This document shows, piece by piece, positions 23,216-40,224 of a stretch of DNA of 64,000 bases. Numbering within the stretch: position 1 is the stretch's first letter; the number at the start of each line of letters is the position of its first letter. The DNA comes from the human T2T-CHM13v2.0 reference genome, Homo sapiens. Where the stretch lies: the NCBI RefSeq assembly GCF_009914755.1, contig NC_060942.1. One strand, given 5' to 3'. The notes under the pieces are model-generated. The model was not told the origin of the DNA, ran no database searches, and worked only from the letters and a program-made list of their open reading frames with translations. Position numbers and translations under genes: made by a program.

Positions 23216-24969
23216 TATTTCCAGAAAAGAAAATAGTTTTGTGCTCCCAGGACAAAATATCCCCCAGGGCAGGTCTCTACTGGCAAAAGTCAGGGGAAGG
23301 AGGTGGGGTGTAGCAGAACCGAAAAACCCCAAGCGCAAATAACTTTTTAACGGACTTGGAAAAGCAGCAGTTTTGGGTGCTGCTTGGACAGTTTGCAAAC
23401 AACGGGCAGGACCCGCGCTTAAATTCGATATGAAAAACGCACCTTGGAAAGTATGCCTTGGCCTGATTATCGGGCAACTGTGGATCTGCTTCGTTGCACC
23501 AGCTCCGGAAAGGCTACCAAAATGATCTGCCCGTAGGATACTTCATTAAATACTGGAAAAGAAGACGTCTTTGGGCTACTATCTATAGGAGTCACGGGAA
23601 GAACACCCAGAAAAACAGATATATACCCTGCTTCCCCTCGACCAAAAGAAAAAAAAAAGTTGCTTAATTTTTAAAACCCAATAACACAAAATTGCAGTGG
23701 AGTTCATAAAGTAGTTCAATTCCAAGTTTAATAAATGATCCCTTAAAAACATCCTGTGGTTCCATACACTCAATTCCAAAATGAAAGAATCAAAAAAGCT
23801 TTCTTCTTATTATTTCTGTAGAGGCAATATTGGTTGTCGTTCTGCCTATCAGGCAGCATCCAATTCCTCTACTTGACCTCTCCATATCATGAAGTCCGTT
23901 CAGACTACCACCTTGACAATCGAAGCTGCCGGTCACCCCTTTGAAAGGATGCTTTTTATTTCTTGTGCAGGATACATGACTTCTTTATAATCCCAGTACT
24001 ATAGGGAACATTTATTGCAATTACTTAACTGTCAGAACTCTCTAAACTATGGTAAGATGTTTACAACTTTTAACAAGATTCTCCACCTTTTGCTGGTGGG
24101 GGTGGGGGGTCTCTTTGTATATTTGTGCTTCTCCACTTCTCAGAATACTTGAAAATAGTGACATGGTTATTTCGGCATGAAAAACTCCAAATGTTTCCCC
24201 CCCGATTCATAACCCAACTACTTCCATTTCAGGCTCACATTTTATGAAAGGTTATACTATACAGAAACATATTCAGCTCTTCCTCCTTTTTGCTTCCAGT
24301 TTTCTGAGTATCATCTGTTAATATACTGGATATAGTTGGTTTTTATCTGCCTGTTTCCTCTCCACTAAAGCAACACACACCCTTGTAGTTTCAGTCTGGT
24401 GCCTGGGGACATGGTGAGCACTTGTCATTTATATTGAATGAAGAGAATCTGTGTTTGGTTAAATCTTACATTTAGCAGGGAAGTTTTTGTGAAAAATTAA
24501 AAATAACATGAATCTGAAGCTCTGTATTAAAAATCAGGACAAATAGTAACTACAAGGCAACATTATTGTTTGCAAGTTAAAATGAATTTAATGGCTGCTT
24601 TGGATGAATATTTCCTTATCATTAATTCCCTCTCTAGTGGAACATGCTTTAGAAAGTTATTGCAGAAGTAGAGTGAGGGACCCTTTTCTTGCAGTAGAGT
24701 TAATGTTGCCCCTTCTGAAGGCAGATCTGGGGAATGGAAGTGTCTCTATTAAGAGAGGTGGGCTGGGGAGGATTTAAATTGTTAAATTTCAGAAATTTTG
24801 TGGGCTCTTGAGAGCAGAGGCCAGAAAAAGCATTTAGTTCATCATTTTAAAGACACAAATTAAAAGAGATGCCATACTGTCTTGATGTAATTACTAAAAG
24901 ATTCATAAAGGGCTTTCAAGGCTAAATATGAATTCAAATTGAAACTATTTTGGTATATCTTGGTTTTAG

Positions 24970-25251
<282 letters not shown>

Positions 25252-25529
25252 TAGCTATTAATTCTGTTGAATTCAACTGAGAATCATCTTGAGTAATGTT
25301 TTTTGAACTCAGATGAAAATTGAACCCATGTCATCTAAGTTGACAAAGTGTAAGAAAAGAAAAATAACTCCACAGGAGCAGAAACTTTGTCTTATTTATT
25401 TCTGTATTTCCAGTTCATTTCCAATTCAGTTTCTTGGTATATTTTAGCAGAGTGACTGGCACATAGTAGATACCCAATAAATATACGCACATTTATGTGT
25501 GGGGAGAAAGCTAACTTCAACAAAAGGTT

Positions 25530-25750
25530 GTATAGCAGAGTGGTGAAAAACTCTCTCTGAAGCCAGCCTACCTGGGTGTGAATCCTAGTTTGCCTTACTA
25601 GCCACCCTTTTCTATGGCTCAGTTCTCTCATTTTATTACCTGGGTGATAATGATAACAGTCCCTACCCCTTGGGATTGTTTTGAGAATTAAATAAGTTGA
25701 TATGCACAAAACACTTAACACATTGTCTGGAACATTCATACACATTTGAC
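25530..25750 (+). mobile_element. MIR
   Basis: ctcagttctctcatt...gattgttttgagaattaaataag. Confidence 0.7.
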
Positions 25751-25956
25751 CATTACTTCTTATTTATTAAGGCTCTATTGTTTCCCAAGCTTGATAGCAA
25801 ACAAGAAAACTAAGGCCAGAGAGGGTAAAAAAAAAAAAAAAAAGGTGAAGACATTTGCCCAAGGTCTCCCAGACCTGACCAGGGCAGGCAAGTCTGGTTC
25901 CATAGGCCATGCTTGAACCACTTGACCATATTCAGCCTCTAGGAACCAAAGAATGA

Positions 25957-26300
25957 AGAGAGAAAGAGAGACAGAGAGAAAGAAAAGAAAAGATAAAAAG
26001 AAAAAAGAAAAGAAGATGAAAGAAAAGAAAGGAAGGAAAGAATGAAAGAAATAGGAAGGAAAGAAAGAATCTTCAATAATTCAGAAAGAAAGAAAAAGAA
26101 GGAAGGAGGGAAAGAAAGAAAAGAGAAAGAAAGAATAATCAAGGGAACAATTCAGAAGGAAAGAAAAAGAAAGAAGGAAGGAAAAAAGAAAGAAAAGAGA
26201 ATCTTCAAGGGAACAATTCAGAAAGAAAGAAAAGACGAAAGACAGAGAGAAAGAAAAGAGAAGAGAAGAAAGAAAGAAACTTCAAGGGAAAAATTCCCTA
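25957..26300. repeat. GA-rich low-complexity tract with an embedded ~65-78-bp periodic unit
   Basis: (GAAA/GGAA)n spacers separating four copies of a TCTTCAAGGGAACAATTCAGAA-like core. Confidence 0.85.
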
Positions 26301-27304
26301 CCATTAAAATACCCCTGTGTATAATAGGATTTGGGAAACTTGGAAAGGCAGAATAGTACTTTGCCAAGGTCTTGGACTGTGACACACGTATAAATGGACT
26401 GAGAAACAGTGTCACCTTTGTCACTTGGCCACCTAAACACTGGTACATGTTTTCTTGGCTATTGGAAGTAGGGACCCATCTGTGTCTTAGAAGAAATGGC
26501 AGTGAAGAATTCATAGACAAAAGGAACGCCCACAAATTCAACCAGACTAGAAAGAGGCACTTTCTATTGAAATCCTGGGCTATTGTAAATCTCCTGGGGC
26601 AAAGAGGGTATTCCTATTTTTTTCTTCAATGCTTTGTCAAAAAACAGGCAGAGTAAACTTAATGCAGTAATTGACAGGAATAGAATATTTAGTTCCTAAT
26701 TGCTACCTGGTAACTACAATTCTAGGTCTTTCCACCTAATAATCACCTACTTGTTTCCTAGGCTATTTGTAAAACAAATAATGTACAAGAGAAATGTAGT
26801 TTTCCATAAGTAAATTGGGTTTTTATCGAGCCTAAGAGTGTACCATCTCTCATTGTTATAATATTCTGATCATGAAACTTCACTTGGTTAATAAAGAAGT
26901 CAAATGTAAAGGTTGTCAAAGTTAAATGAAACCTAAAATTCAGAATGATAGTCATTTCTTTCTCTATCTTCTAGTTGTATATATTGGTAAAAGGTATGTG
27001 GGATTAAAGTGGACATTAGTCCTGCTATTAAATAAAATTTTATTTCAGTGTCATTGGAATACTAATTATGGTGGAAAAGGAGATAAAGGTATGTGATAAT
27101 ATGTCATGTAACAAATATGTATTTTTTAAATAATGGAAGAACTACTTACAATGGTCTCACAATCTAAAATATTCCTGAAACGATTTGCTGTTATTTCAAA
27201 TAAAGTGGTCTACTAAGTTAGTAAAAGCAAAACAAATACGAACTTAAACACTTTCTACCCAAATGTTGGTACGAAAATGTTATCCTTATCTTCTTTTACT
27301 ATCA

Positions 27305-27450
<146 letters not shown>

Positions 27451-29479
27451 GAAACAGCCTTTTAAGAATGCAATTATTAGGCAACGTCTTCAAAAGCCAT
27501 GAAAATGTTCATATGCTTTGATGCACAAATTGCTTCTAGAAGTTCATCTTAGGAAATATCCTGCTTTACTTGTAGTTTGGTAAAGTTTGGTTTATTGCAT
27601 CCAGGCCACTTGGACAAATGAATTTTGTGGTATATGTCACAAACTATGCTGTAGAACTGCATTTTATACTGTCTTAGAGACCTCTCTTTGTTCACAGAAG
27701 TTTAGAGAATAAGTATTTGTGGAATGGAGAAGAAAGAAGTTCAATTAGGGTAAAATCACATCTTATCAATGTTCTATAGCAATGTCAGTTACCATTTAAT
27801 GAGTATCGATAATGATAGTGAAATAAACGATATGTACTTAAAGGGCAAAACAAGATAAATTTTAAAGCTCGTATTTCAATATCTTCATGACATTGAGAAA
27901 GTTTAAGGACCAGATTTTGAAGCTCTAGATATCAGAAACTGGTATCTGGGTGTATTGGGGCAATTCACAGGATGTGTGGAGGAGTGGGTATGTACCTGCC
28001 CCGTGGCTGTGTTTCTAAATGAACTAAAAAAGAAAAAAAAAATCCCCTTTTAAATACCCAGAAGCACTAACCCACATTTTGAACTAATTGACTTACTTTT
28101 TCTTAGGAAAGCTTAATTTAACTGATAGGGGCACATGGGTTTATCTGAATATTTAAAGAAGCCCTGGGATGGGTTTGTTCTATTTCTTTAATTTGATGCT
28201 GGAGATCCAGGCTTTGCACCTGATGGAAGGAGACTGCCTTGGAGAGGGGCAGAGAAGCAGGAAACATTGTGACCTGGCCCCTCTCTTCTGTGACCTAAGT
28301 TTGCAGAGCCAGGGCATCATTGCTCCCAGGGGAAGCCTCACCATTCTTCATGTTTAGTCTTCCTACAGCCTGTCCCTGGATTAGGATACCCCAGGGGTCA
28401 CATGGTGTCATTACTCCCAGTAAAAACAATCTCCCCTGACATGGATTGCATCTGTTGTTTTACAATCTTTTCTCTCTTTATAGCTCATTCCCTTAAACTA
28501 AAAAGCACAAAACAAAAATGTGGTTTATCATTCTTTTCTGATTATAAAAGCAGTGTGTGTTCATTGGCAAAGATTTGGGAAGTACAGAAATCTGGAAACA
28601 TACATGCATCATAGTTCTTTCTTGCTAACGTTTAGTGAATGCTTGCTGTGGGCCTAGGTTTTTACATTAACACTCTCGATTTCTTCTTATGAGTATATGT
28701 GAGGGTTGTTCCTATTCCTATTTCACATGTGTAGAAACCCAGAGAGCTTCAATAACTTGCCCAACCTCACAGAGTTAGTGAGGCCAGACTCTAGGGCACA
28801 CATACTTTCTGAACAACTCACCAGGCCAGGACCTTTCAGTTCTATTTCCACTGCCTAGAGACAACCACCCAAATACATTTGGGTGTTATTTCTGTGAATT
28901 CAATCACATGCCATTTACCTTTTAAGTACTACATACAATATTTGAAAATCTCTAATTCAAACTACGTAATCAGTGGATTTTTGGCAAACTCCGCCAAGCA
29001 CCTGCTAAGAGACAGGAAGGAAAGAAGGGTCTCTCCAGGAACTCCCTGACTCCAGGGAGGGGCAAATTTTCAATAAGCCCAAAATGGTCAATAGTGTTTC
29101 TTCTGTTAATAGCATTCCTCCTGTCTTTCTCATGGTTATCTTAGTGCAATCTGCCGTAGAAAACACACAAACTTATTCTCTGTCCAACTCTGGGAAGTTA
29201 GTTGAACTGTCAGAGTTTGAGGATGAATTCCTCAAGCTTTTTTTGCTATTCATATGGTATTACATACAGAATACAGCTTTTAAGTGGATGGTCACTGAAA
29301 TGCCCAGGAAAGTGTTTGCTGTGGCTACTGTTCCCAGTGCTGTGATACTTTGGATATTGTAAGTGCTTTTTAGACCTCAGTACCATGCTTTAGTGGTCAA
29401 CATGCTTTCTAAATTCACTATTAACTTTGCTTTCCTAGAATTGTTAGTTTTTAGATTTAGAGCCTGAGATATAATAACT

Positions 29480-29660
29480 TTTAGAGTGCATCAGAATTAG
29501 CTGAATTACCTGGAGAACTTGCTTAAAATATGCATATTCACGGGTGCCAACTTCAGAGATTCTGATTTAGCAGCTCTTGAGTGTGGCCCAGGGATGTATA
29601 TTTTTAACACACAGCTCAAACAATTCTAATACTAATATGACCACACTTCGAGAAACACTG
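29480..29660. mobile_element. MER5-like hAT MITE
   Basis: gcatcagaatt...cagagattctgatttag...ccacacttcgagaaacactg. Confidence 0.7.
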
Positions 29661-30000
29661 CCTCAAAGCTCATACATTAAGCAATAAAATAATTTCCTCT
29701 CTAGCAATCATTCTGGGGCGGTGAATTCACTTGAAAATTGAATGCAAGTTGTGAAACCTCTTCAGAAGATGCACACACACACATACACACACCAATTTTG
29801 CCTACCATTTCAGCAGAGATTGGAGTGAAGCCTGCATTCTTGAAGCTCTGCAGCTACCTGGTCTCCAATACCACTTTAATACATATCCTCCCCTGGTCAA
29901 AACATCATCTTGGCTCCTTTCTTACTTTAGTTTCAAGTCCAAACTCCCCATAGTCTTGCCACAGTCTAATTTCCTGACATTCTCTGTTTCATCTCCCTGA

Positions 30001-31414
<1,414 letters not shown>

Positions 31415-31415
<1 letters not shown>

Positions 31416-31548
31416 AGAAACAGAGTGCTGGGTTCACCCTCAGAGTGTCTGATTCAGCCAGTCTGGGGTGGAGCTGAGCATGTGCACACGCTCAGGTGAT
31501 TATGCTGCTGCTGGTTCCTGGACCCCATTGTGAGAACCACGGGCCTAG
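31415..31548. mobile_element. MER5A right half (left half at about 30088-30150), split by the L1
   Basis: aaatcacccggaaggcttgttgaagcag|...|cagagtgctggg...tctgattcag...tgagaaccac forms one MER5A when the L1 is removed. Confidence 0.7.
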
Positions 31549-32401
31549 AAGAGGCAGATACACATCCCCAGAGGGAAGAGTCAGCATAGTAAAGGAGGAT
31601 TGGTGGGGCTAAGGATCAAGGGTGTGGAGCCTGGTGAGCCTCTCTGGGTCAATTCAGGAGGACTGGGGGGTTCAGAATCTTTTTTATGGCTCCCATGGTA
31701 GGAGGGGCTGTTAAAAGGCCTGAAGCAAAGTAGACTCAACCCTAAAATATCAACTTCCTTTCCAATGGGGAAATTTCCCCTCTCCCTTCCACTGATCTAA
31801 ATTGTCTTGATTCTTTAAGGCCCAGCTCCAAATCCCATGTCTCTAGGAGGGTCGAAAGCAGCGACCTTCTGCTGCAGGACGCAATGGCCAGGCCCTTTTG
31901 CCAGTGCCCTTCAGTGGAGCACTCTCCCTTTGGTTGTAAGTTACAAGTTCTCGGATTTGCATTTGGCTTTTCTTCCTTCTACTCTCGTTCCCTGGGGTTC
32001 CTTCTCTTTGGGAGGCTTTACATTACATGTGATTCTCAACATTGGCTATATCTTAGAATCACCAGGGGAGCTTTTAAAAATTTAAACACTGCAGAATAAT
32101 TTAAGACAAATGTTAGCCGTTACCACCTTCCCCCCACCAGAAAAAAAAAAAAAAAACAGATAAGGAAAATGTGGCAATTTTTTTAAAGTATTTAATATAG
32201 GTTACATGGGTGTTCATTCTCTCTACTTTTGTGTATGACAAACATTCTCACAACAAAAAATATGTATCAATGCCAGATCCCACCCCAGATTTGTTAAAAT
32301 AAAAGCTCCTCCAGCCACGTGTGAGCCCCCCAAGAGCCCCTTGTACACTCTGGTTTTCTGTTATTAAATTCTTTTTAATCCTTCTTCAGGCCTCTCCTAG
32401 A

Positions 32402-32585
32402 CTGCAGTGGTTCCTGCGATTGGCTGCATGTTAATATCACCTGGAGAACTTGCAAAAAATACTGATACCCAGATCCTTTTCCAAAAGAACCAGATCGATA
32501 GGTCTGGGAAGTGGCCTGGGCATGGGGACTTTTCAAAGTCCTGCAGGTGATTCTAATGTGCAACTAAGATTGGGACCCACTGCCC
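32402..32585. mobile_element. MER5A-like hAT MITE
   Basis: cagtggttc...tcacctggagaacttg...caggtgattctaatgtgca...accactg. Confidence 0.75.
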
Positions 32586-32829
32586 TTAGACTGGCACCCA
32601 TTCACACATGTCTATTCAGGTCTGGCAGGGGGTGGGGAAGGGTGTGTTCTGGGGTGTGTTTAGGTTGTCTGTGAACCTGCAGAAATTGTATGCAAAATGT
32701 TCTGTATATGTACATCTGTGTATTTTTCTAGAATTAAAATCCATAGCTTTCAACATCTTAAAGGAGTCTGATGCAAAATGGTTTAAGAAACAACCACGTG
32801 GGTGTAGAGCAATAAGCATGTGCATCCTC

Positions 32830-33345
32830 TATCATTGCTAGAAGGGTAAATGGTACAGTCTTTTTAGAGGACAGTGGGAAAATGCACATCCCTTTCAACG
32901 CAGTAAATCATTTCTAGAAATGGGCTGCACACAAAGATATATGTACAAGGGTGCTCTTGAAGCATTGTTTATAATAAAGAATCATTGGATACAATCTAAC
33001 TTCAGAGGCAGATGGTGAATAAATAAATTATATCTCATCTATTCAACAGAACACTATCTATAGATATAAAGAATAATGTAGGTTTGTAAGTGCTGAGTGC
33101 AGTGGTCTCCAAGACATTTTATTAAGCAAGTAAAAAAATTAATGAAAAGTATAAGCCCATTTGCTGAAAAAAAAAACTCTGACCTAAAATGATACATACA
33201 TATTTTACAAATGTAACTGCAGTGGAGTAAAAAGAAAACACATAAAATCATTTACAGTGGTGACTTTGGGAGAAGAGAGTAGCATTGAGGAACTTTAACT
33301 TCTTATTCTCCATGCTTTGGTGTTGTTTGAATTTTGCAACATGAG
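32830..33345 (+). mobile_element. Old L1M (L1ME-like) 3' fragments
   Basis: caaagatatatgtacaagg...gcattgtttataata; degenerate. Confidence 0.5.
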
Positions 33346-34208
33346 TATGTGTCCCTTTATTGCTTATTTAATAGGAATTGGGTCCGTCCATGTGCTGTCA
33401 TCTCTGAAATCTGTCTCCATGGCCTTCATTGCTCTGTTGAGTGGCCCATGTCTCCAGGTGCCTATTGTAGATATATGTTCTGGGTCTCTCTGCTTGCATG
33501 TCAAGCAGATCCTCCAAACCCAATAAGCCTAAAACCAACACAATGGTCTTCTTACCACGCCCACCCTCTGTTCTAGGTGTTTCTATTACAGTGCCTGACA
33601 TACCTCAGACCTTTCTAAGGATGCTGACTTGCTCACAGCCACTGATGAAGGGACAGATTTGTCAAGCCAAGTGGTCTGTCACATGACCAGCAACTATAAG
33701 GGATGTGCCCAAGGATGGGTCCCTGGGCAGCTAATCCCTGGGCTAACTAGAAGGCTGGATTGAAACTCCTGAGCCAAACAGTCTCTCTTTCTCTAGGAAT
33801 CAGGGTCAGAGTAGTCAGTAGTTAGAAGAAAGGGGGCAGGGCCATGGAATCAGCCCAGTCCCGTGCTGGCGTGAGCACCTGCTGAGGGCCTGGGGCTGCT
33901 CTGTATCCAGACCCACCGTCTAGTCTGGCCTCCAAGGAGTCTCACTCTCCTAGAGTGCTGATGTTGGGTTTGAATGAGGTTCCACTTCCCTTTTAGTCTC
34001 ACTACATCCCTATAGTTAATCAGCCCTGTCTTAAATTTATCTTGCTTACAACCAAGAAATCCTAACTATGCCTTCGCCCTCCGCCCAGGTGCACCTCCCA
34101 AATCTCTGACTCAGGGAAAGGCACCACAATTCACCCTGTATCCATAACTGAAACCTGGACAATATCCCATCCTCCTTCTCACTCTTTCTCAGGCTCCACT
34201 TCCACTGA

Positions 34209-34558
<350 letters not shown>

Positions 34559-34623
34559 TCAAGATTTGTTTTGAAATCCATCTATTATGTCTTCATCCAA
34601 AGGCTGATAATAGTCTTTTCTTT

Positions 34624-34995
34624 TGTATTAATCGGCTTGGGGTACTATTAACAAAATACTATAGACTGGGTGGCTTAAACAACAGAAATTAATTTTCTCA
34701 CAGTTCTGGAGGCTGGAAGTCCAAGATTAAGGTGTCAGCAGGGTTGGTTTCTGTTGAGGCCTCTTTTCCTGGTTGTAGATGACCTCTTCTCTGTGTGAGA
34801 GCCTGGAGAGAGAGGGCTCTCTGGCATCTCTCTCTTCTTATGAACACATCAGTTCTACCAGATTAGGGCCCACCCTTATGCCCTTGTTTAACCTTAATTA
34901 CCTCTTTAACAACCCTATCTCCAAATAGAGTCACACTGCAGGGTTAGCGCTTCAGCATATGAATTTGGGAGGAACACAGTTCCGTCCGCAACACC
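34624..34995. mobile_element. MLT1 (MaLR) solo LTR
   Basis: tgtattaatc...gactgggtggcttaaacaacagaaatt...ttctcacagttctggaggctggaagtccaag. Confidence 0.85.
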
Positions 34996-35609
34996 ATCCA
35001 AATCTGCTCCTCCTGCTTTATTTCCCATCTCTGCAATGCACCCGAGCTAGGAACTCTGTAGTCCCCTTCCCTGCTTCCTCTCCTTTATGTCAAATCCATT
35101 CCATTCAGCCCATGCTCTCCAGTTCCAATGGCATCACACTAATTCAGGCCACTTCTGCTGTTCAGTGATGCAGCAAACAAAGTAGAAGGTGAAACTGGAG
35201 GCAGCACCACCCACAGGAGAGTGGGCAGCCTGCAAACGTGTCCAGGCTGAGTTTAGTCTCTGATCCCTGGTCCTTTGTATCCTTTAACTTAGACTATTGG
35301 TATAAGTTTGTCTTCCCTGAAAACCAACAAACCAAACTATAACGTACTCCCTGCCTACTCCTTTACAGGGGTCCACCATTCTCCAAAACCAGCCTCACCC
35401 TCCAGCTACCAGGAAGTAATTGCTCTTCCTTGAAAACACTTGTCTCTCATCCTACCTTGACTCTTATGCCCTTGGCCATACTCTTCATCTCCTGGCTCAA
35501 CAACTCAACTCCCAGAGATCTTTTTGGAATGATTTCACATGTTACCTCCTCTTGGAAACATTCCCTGACTTCAGCAGGCCTGGGCTTCCCTCTCTGTGAA
35601 AGCAAGAGA

Positions 35610-35820
35610 ATGTAGTATAGTGGCGAGTGTATGGGCTCTGGCACCAAACAACTTGGATTCAAATTCTGGCACTGCCACTTATGTGTTGTGTGATCTTGGG
35701 CAAAATCTTTCACCTTTTTGTTTGTAGAATAGGGGATTGTTGTGAGGACTAAATGAGTTAATATGGATAAAGAGCTTAGAAGAGTGCCTGGCATACTCTT
35801 AAGTGCTTATTCATGTTAGC
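35610..35820 (+). mobile_element. MIR
   Basis: ggattcaaattctggc...tgtgatcttgggcaa...gaggactaaatgagtta. Confidence 0.75.
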
Positions 35821-36534
35821 AATGATCATGATCTTGCCTTGGTAGTGCCAACCACTGAATTGTGAGTCTTCCAGTCTTAGCTCAAGTCCTCTGAGGCACC
35901 TTCTCTCACTCTGTATGGCAGATTTCTCCTTTGGTTCCCCAGCACTTTGGACAGGTATTGTAACTGCTATTTTTCTTCTTAACCAGACTCCTTAGGCTTC
36001 ATTCAAAGAGAGGGGCTTTTTTTTTTTTGTATTCGCATTGCCTAGCATAGCTACTGGCACGTAGAAGGTATTTGACAGATGTTTCTTGCATGTATTGTAA
36101 TTGTGAATTTACATGCCTGTATCACCCATTTGGCTGTAAGCTCCGTGTATCCATTCATTTTTTGCACAAGGAGAAGGACTGGGATGCTAACTCAGACTGA
36201 GCATGGACTTGGAGCCAGATAGCCTCACTGAGATCAAGCAGTGCTACTTTCTGACTGTGTAAGCTTGAGCAAGTCACTTTTCCAGTCAAATTCTGATTAA
36301 CACAATATATACCCCAGGCCTGGGCTCTAGCTGCACCTCAGTGTGCCTTATACCTGGACCATCAATTCCCATCCATGTCACCAGCCTTTCTCCAAACAGC
36401 TCCCCTCTGCCTAGGATGCCTTTCCCTCTTACACACTTGACACCTTCCTAGTTATCTGTTAGGACCCAGCTCACACATGTCTTTGAGGCTTTTAGAAAGC
36501 CATCTCTGATCTTTGTCCTATGGTAATACTTCTA

Positions 36535-36912
<378 letters not shown>

Positions 36913-39386
36913 TCATAAACACAGCCTGCAATATGTATTCAAAACCAGGCAAAAGGAAACACCACAAAGCATCAAAAGGAAAGAGATACTTGTGACTAAA
37001 TCCTAGGCTAAAATGATAATGTTAGTCAAGTCTTCTAAAAAGTTGACCAACTTTTCTTTAAAGAGTAGCTATTATGGATAAGATGAGAGAAAAGGAGGTG
37101 AAGAATTCATTAATATTGGGAAGATCCTTTGAAGGTGAAGACTGCAGGATGAGAGTGCTAAGGTGTCAGATTACTGTGTAATTAGGGACCAGTTCTGTTC
37201 CAGATCATCTCTATCTCTGGCAGAGTCTCCCTTTATTTTTGCAAACAATTGAATTCTTTCATTCATAACCTTTCCCTTTACATGGATGTGGTTCTGAGGG
37301 GATTCATCAAAGAGCTTGGAGATCATCAGCTGAATCAAGTTGTCTTTACATACCATGTTATGGAAATGAAATCTTTATCTCCCTTTCTGTTTTTAAAACA
37401 GGATTTAAATTCTGTCTTTGAAAATGAAAGCCTTCCCAGAGTATACTCTGGAACTTACATCTCTGAGAGATATAAACCCATCAAGAATGCCCAATGGTAC
37501 ATTGAAAAGTTTTTCCTTTTCACCTGCAAGAAAGAAACTTGTCTTTCTTTTTCAAATGACTTTCATTTTGTGGGCATTCATTTGATTCTTCTGGGTCCCA
37601 ACTTACTTTTCTGGATGAATTAGACTGTCTTTAATTTGCTGCTTGATGCTTGTGTGGGAGTGAGCCATGCTTTGTTTCCAGAACTTCTTCCCTGTGGGAT
37701 GTTGAGGAGTTAGTGCCAATTTTTTTTTTTTTTTCAAAGAAGGATGGAAGAGTCAAGTTTAGTACTAAGGATTAGCTCAGCAGTGGTTGCTAAACTCTTT
37801 GAAATCATTAGATGAAAAGCAAAAATAGAGCTGTACTAAGTATACAGATCATTGTTATTTTTGTTATTATTGTGGGAATTTTCCATTCAGAGAGTATATT
37901 ATTACTGGATAATTTTCTCTCCAGATTTATGATGTTAAGTTTTGTTTAGGAAAAATGTGTTTCTTTGACAAGTACTTTTTACTTTTTTTTCCCCCCCCAA
38001 GATAACTTTCTTGTCTTGGTAGAAGCTGAACCCTATGGGATTCATTGTATCCAGGCATTATGTTCAGTGCCTAACACAGACCCTAGCACACAGTAGGGAC
38101 CAGTTTGTTGAACTGAGTTGAATCTAATGGCTTGCCATTTTGAAGTGGTATCAGATAGCTGTAATCAAATATTGTTTCCTCTTCAATTAATTCAATGCAA
38201 GATTATGGCATTTTAAACCATTTTCTTCTTGAAATTCCAATTCTCCAGGTTTCATGGTCTGTCCAAGGATCCTAGCACTGTATCTGTGACCTGGGTAGGG
38301 AGTAGGAAAGTCAGATTCCATAAGGACAGTTTCTGCCCAGGCTTCTGCCCTGTGTTTTCCCTGGCTGCACTTCCCACCCCACCAGGCCCACACCTGCACT
38401 GCAGAGGCACGGGACCAGTTCCACCGAACACCTTCTGGCTGTCCTGAAATAAACTGACAGAACTTGCCACTCCCGGTACACCACCAGGCTCTGAGTTGGT
38501 TAACAATTCGCTGAGAAGACAGCTCTAGAATTGCTTCTGCCTACGAAGGGTGAGGATGGGTATATATAAGAGATTTCCAACTTGACAAATCCATTTGGGA
38601 AGGCTGAATTTGCAGTTTGAGGAGGGAGTTTGTTCAAAGAGCATCTGCATGAACATTCTGCTGGAGCAGCCTGTGGGCCGAAATCCACAAGGCTGGCACT
38701 TTGAGGTTCAACTTGATTCTACAGGCTCTGCGGTCTCATCCCAAAGTCACAGCCCACACAACTGGCATTTCCCCTGGTGGTTTGGATTAGACAACAGTCC
38801 CCAAGCTCTACTTTGGAGGCAAGATCTAAAAAAAAAAAAAAAAAAAAAAAGTTGGGGGTGGGGGCAAACAGGGAAGGGATTATGATCTATGTATCTGTTC
38901 ATTTCCAGTCAGGGATTTGTGCCCCAGTGTCCCTGGGGTGGTGGAGGCATCAGCCTTGAGGGTAGTGCCACAAAAGGCTGTTCCCTGAGACAAACGAGCA
39001 GGGGAGGGTTGGTTTTCTTGGCTGCAAGTGGCTCTCTGGGAGCTAAGGAAGAAAGAAAAGGGAGTAACTCTGAGAGGCTCCTGCAAACCCTCTCTTTGCC
39101 AGTAGAGTTCAGATACTGCCCAGTCTTCCCTTGACACTAGTTGCCTACTCTTCCATCAATTACATTTTAAAGAGCTATAGCCAAACACCACCAAGGTCTC
39201 TATCTTTTAGGATTTCTGCTAATCCTTACCTTCAGATAAGAAATCCCCAGGCATTTCTCAGTGTTTCAAGAAACATGTTACTAATTCAAAGGTGCTGAAA
39301 TCAGAAGGTTATTTACATACAAACTGTGTAACAACCACTCTGGAATCTATTTGCAATTCCAACATGCTTTCTTGAGAGTAAGTTAA

Positions 39387-39784
<398 letters not shown>

Positions 39785-40224
39785 AAGTGCTTCTTTGAAA
39801 CCATCTACTGTTACAGTAAATAGAAACTTTGAAGATTGAGATTTCTTTTAATCTATATAAAAAAGCAGCTGTCCTTCTCCACCTGCCCCCTCTCTTACTG
39901 CATCAGAAGGAGGAAAACAGCAATGAAATTATATTTTTCAGAAAAATATTGTTTCGAAAGCAAAATCAAGATGATCAAGGCCTCATGTTTTGTAAACATT
40001 TGTAGGATTTTAAGTTAGCACAACATTTTAGATCTTTTTCTTCTCTGGCCATTGGAAAATTCATTTCCTACCCATTTCCTTCTACTTAATGAAGCAAGAT
40101 TAATAGATTCCACAAGGTGATGTTAAATGAAACCCCACATACAGCAAAAGTAATATAAGTGGAATTATCACGAGGGAAAGAGTGGAGTAGTTAACAAATA
40201 TAAATGGATCAGCTCATACAATTA

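Larger units (their letters stand above)
18820..23220. promoter_or_regulatory. CpG island / KCTD1 promoter region
   Basis: Very high GC and dense CpG from about 18.8 to 23.2 kb against an AT-rich, CpG-depleted background; many GC boxes and G-runs. Confidence 0.95.

Noticed and set aside
20648-23255. Many 100-330-aa ORFs on both strands in the CpG island
   Set aside because: Stop-codon scarcity in very GC-rich DNA; low-complexity Arg/Gly/Pro/Ala translations, mostly with non-ATG starts.
26060-26300. Repeat-spacer pattern resembling a CRISPR array
   Set aside because: Mammalian DNA, spacers are simple purine repeats and there are no cas genes; the same reasoning applies to the 42.3-kb array.
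37171-37623. Overlapping 124-aa and 61-aa ORFs as a possible processed pseudogene
   Set aside because: No recognisable homology, poly(A) tail or TSD.
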